From a virus (taxonomy: Duplodnaviria; Caudoviricetes), in the IMG/VR virus record IMGVR_UViG_3300030116_004829, positions 1-56,124 of that record: 56,124 nt of DNA; one strand, 5' to 3'. The position numbers and the translations under genes were made by a program. This document shows, piece after piece, positions 55,881 through 56,124 of this stretch (positions are counted from its first letter, which is position 1; the number at the start of each line of letters is the position of its first letter). The notes below the pieces were generated by a model. The model ran no database searches. It had not been told where the DNA came from and saw only the letters and a program-made list of their open reading frames with translations.

Positions 55881-56124
55881 TAAATTAAATTCAACGCTGT
55901 CGGTTGAACCCTCAAATTAACACCATCATTATCTGCTGAAGAAGCAAAACTAAAAGATTTTTCATAAACGTCATTTAAAAGTTGATATCTATCAGAAGCA
56001 TATTTTAAGGATAATTTCGCAGCCAATCCTGCACAAATACAATCTGTCCAACGATAAGGCACATCTGCATCTTGATTAGATAAAGTCACATCATCGAGTT
56101 GATTTACTGCCCAATAAACCATAC
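55880..56124 (-). CDS. Head-tail adaptor, 3' part of the junction-spanning gene starting at 589
   Basis: Same frame across the 168-bp overlap; DVPYRW..C..AGLA..L. Confidence 0.75.
   Translation of the reverse strand, partial: MVYWAVNQLDDVTLSNQDADVPYRWTDCICAGLAAKLSLKYASDRYQLLNDVYEKSFSFASSADNDGVNLRVQPTALNLI
55957..56124. repeat. Terminal direct repeat, right copy
   Basis: Matches 1-168 with a single mismatch. Confidence 0.97.

Noticed and set aside
1-56124. Integrase/repressor, tRNA genes, introns or inteins in terL and dnaE, stop-codon reassignment
   Set aside because: None recognised. Core genes are uninterrupted and of normal length, and the standard code gives dense coding with all three stops used.

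Overview
The window is an apparently complete, circularly permuted genome (~55,956 bp unique) of an AT-rich dsDNA tailed phage; positions 1-168 repeat at 55957-56124 with one synonymous mismatch. It is most likely a lytic marine podovirus. An alphaproteobacterial host is inferred from the AGAAAGGA ribosome-binding sites and the gene content. The minus strand carries the late module: TerS/TerL, portal, a block of small basic and unknown proteins including two ADP-ribosyltransferase-like ORFs, GroES, scaffold, major capsid, adaptors, tail and receptor-binding proteins, holin, M15 endolysin and P22-like ejection proteins. The plus strand (18.0-36.0 kb) carries the replication arm: SSB-like protein, AEP primase, UvrD helicase, DnaQ plus DnaE (family C polymerase), SNF2 helicase and a PD-(D/E)XK nuclease. 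Four observations stand out. (1) A candidate new nucleotide-level base-modification pathway: a ThyX lacking canonical His/Tyr residues, a FAD oxidoreductase, an SDR, a VOC enzyme, a HAD phosphatase and a helical nucleotide-hydrolase-like protein, all coupled to the phage's own DnaE. (2) A type I hammerhead ribozyme with a pseudoknot in an early operon. (3) An independently promoted structured sRNA with anti-Shine-Dalgarno-like motifs. (4) A family of repeated promoter-RBS cassettes and a GTAAC/GTTAC iteron-like region. All functional calls come from motif recognition by eye; no database searches were run.
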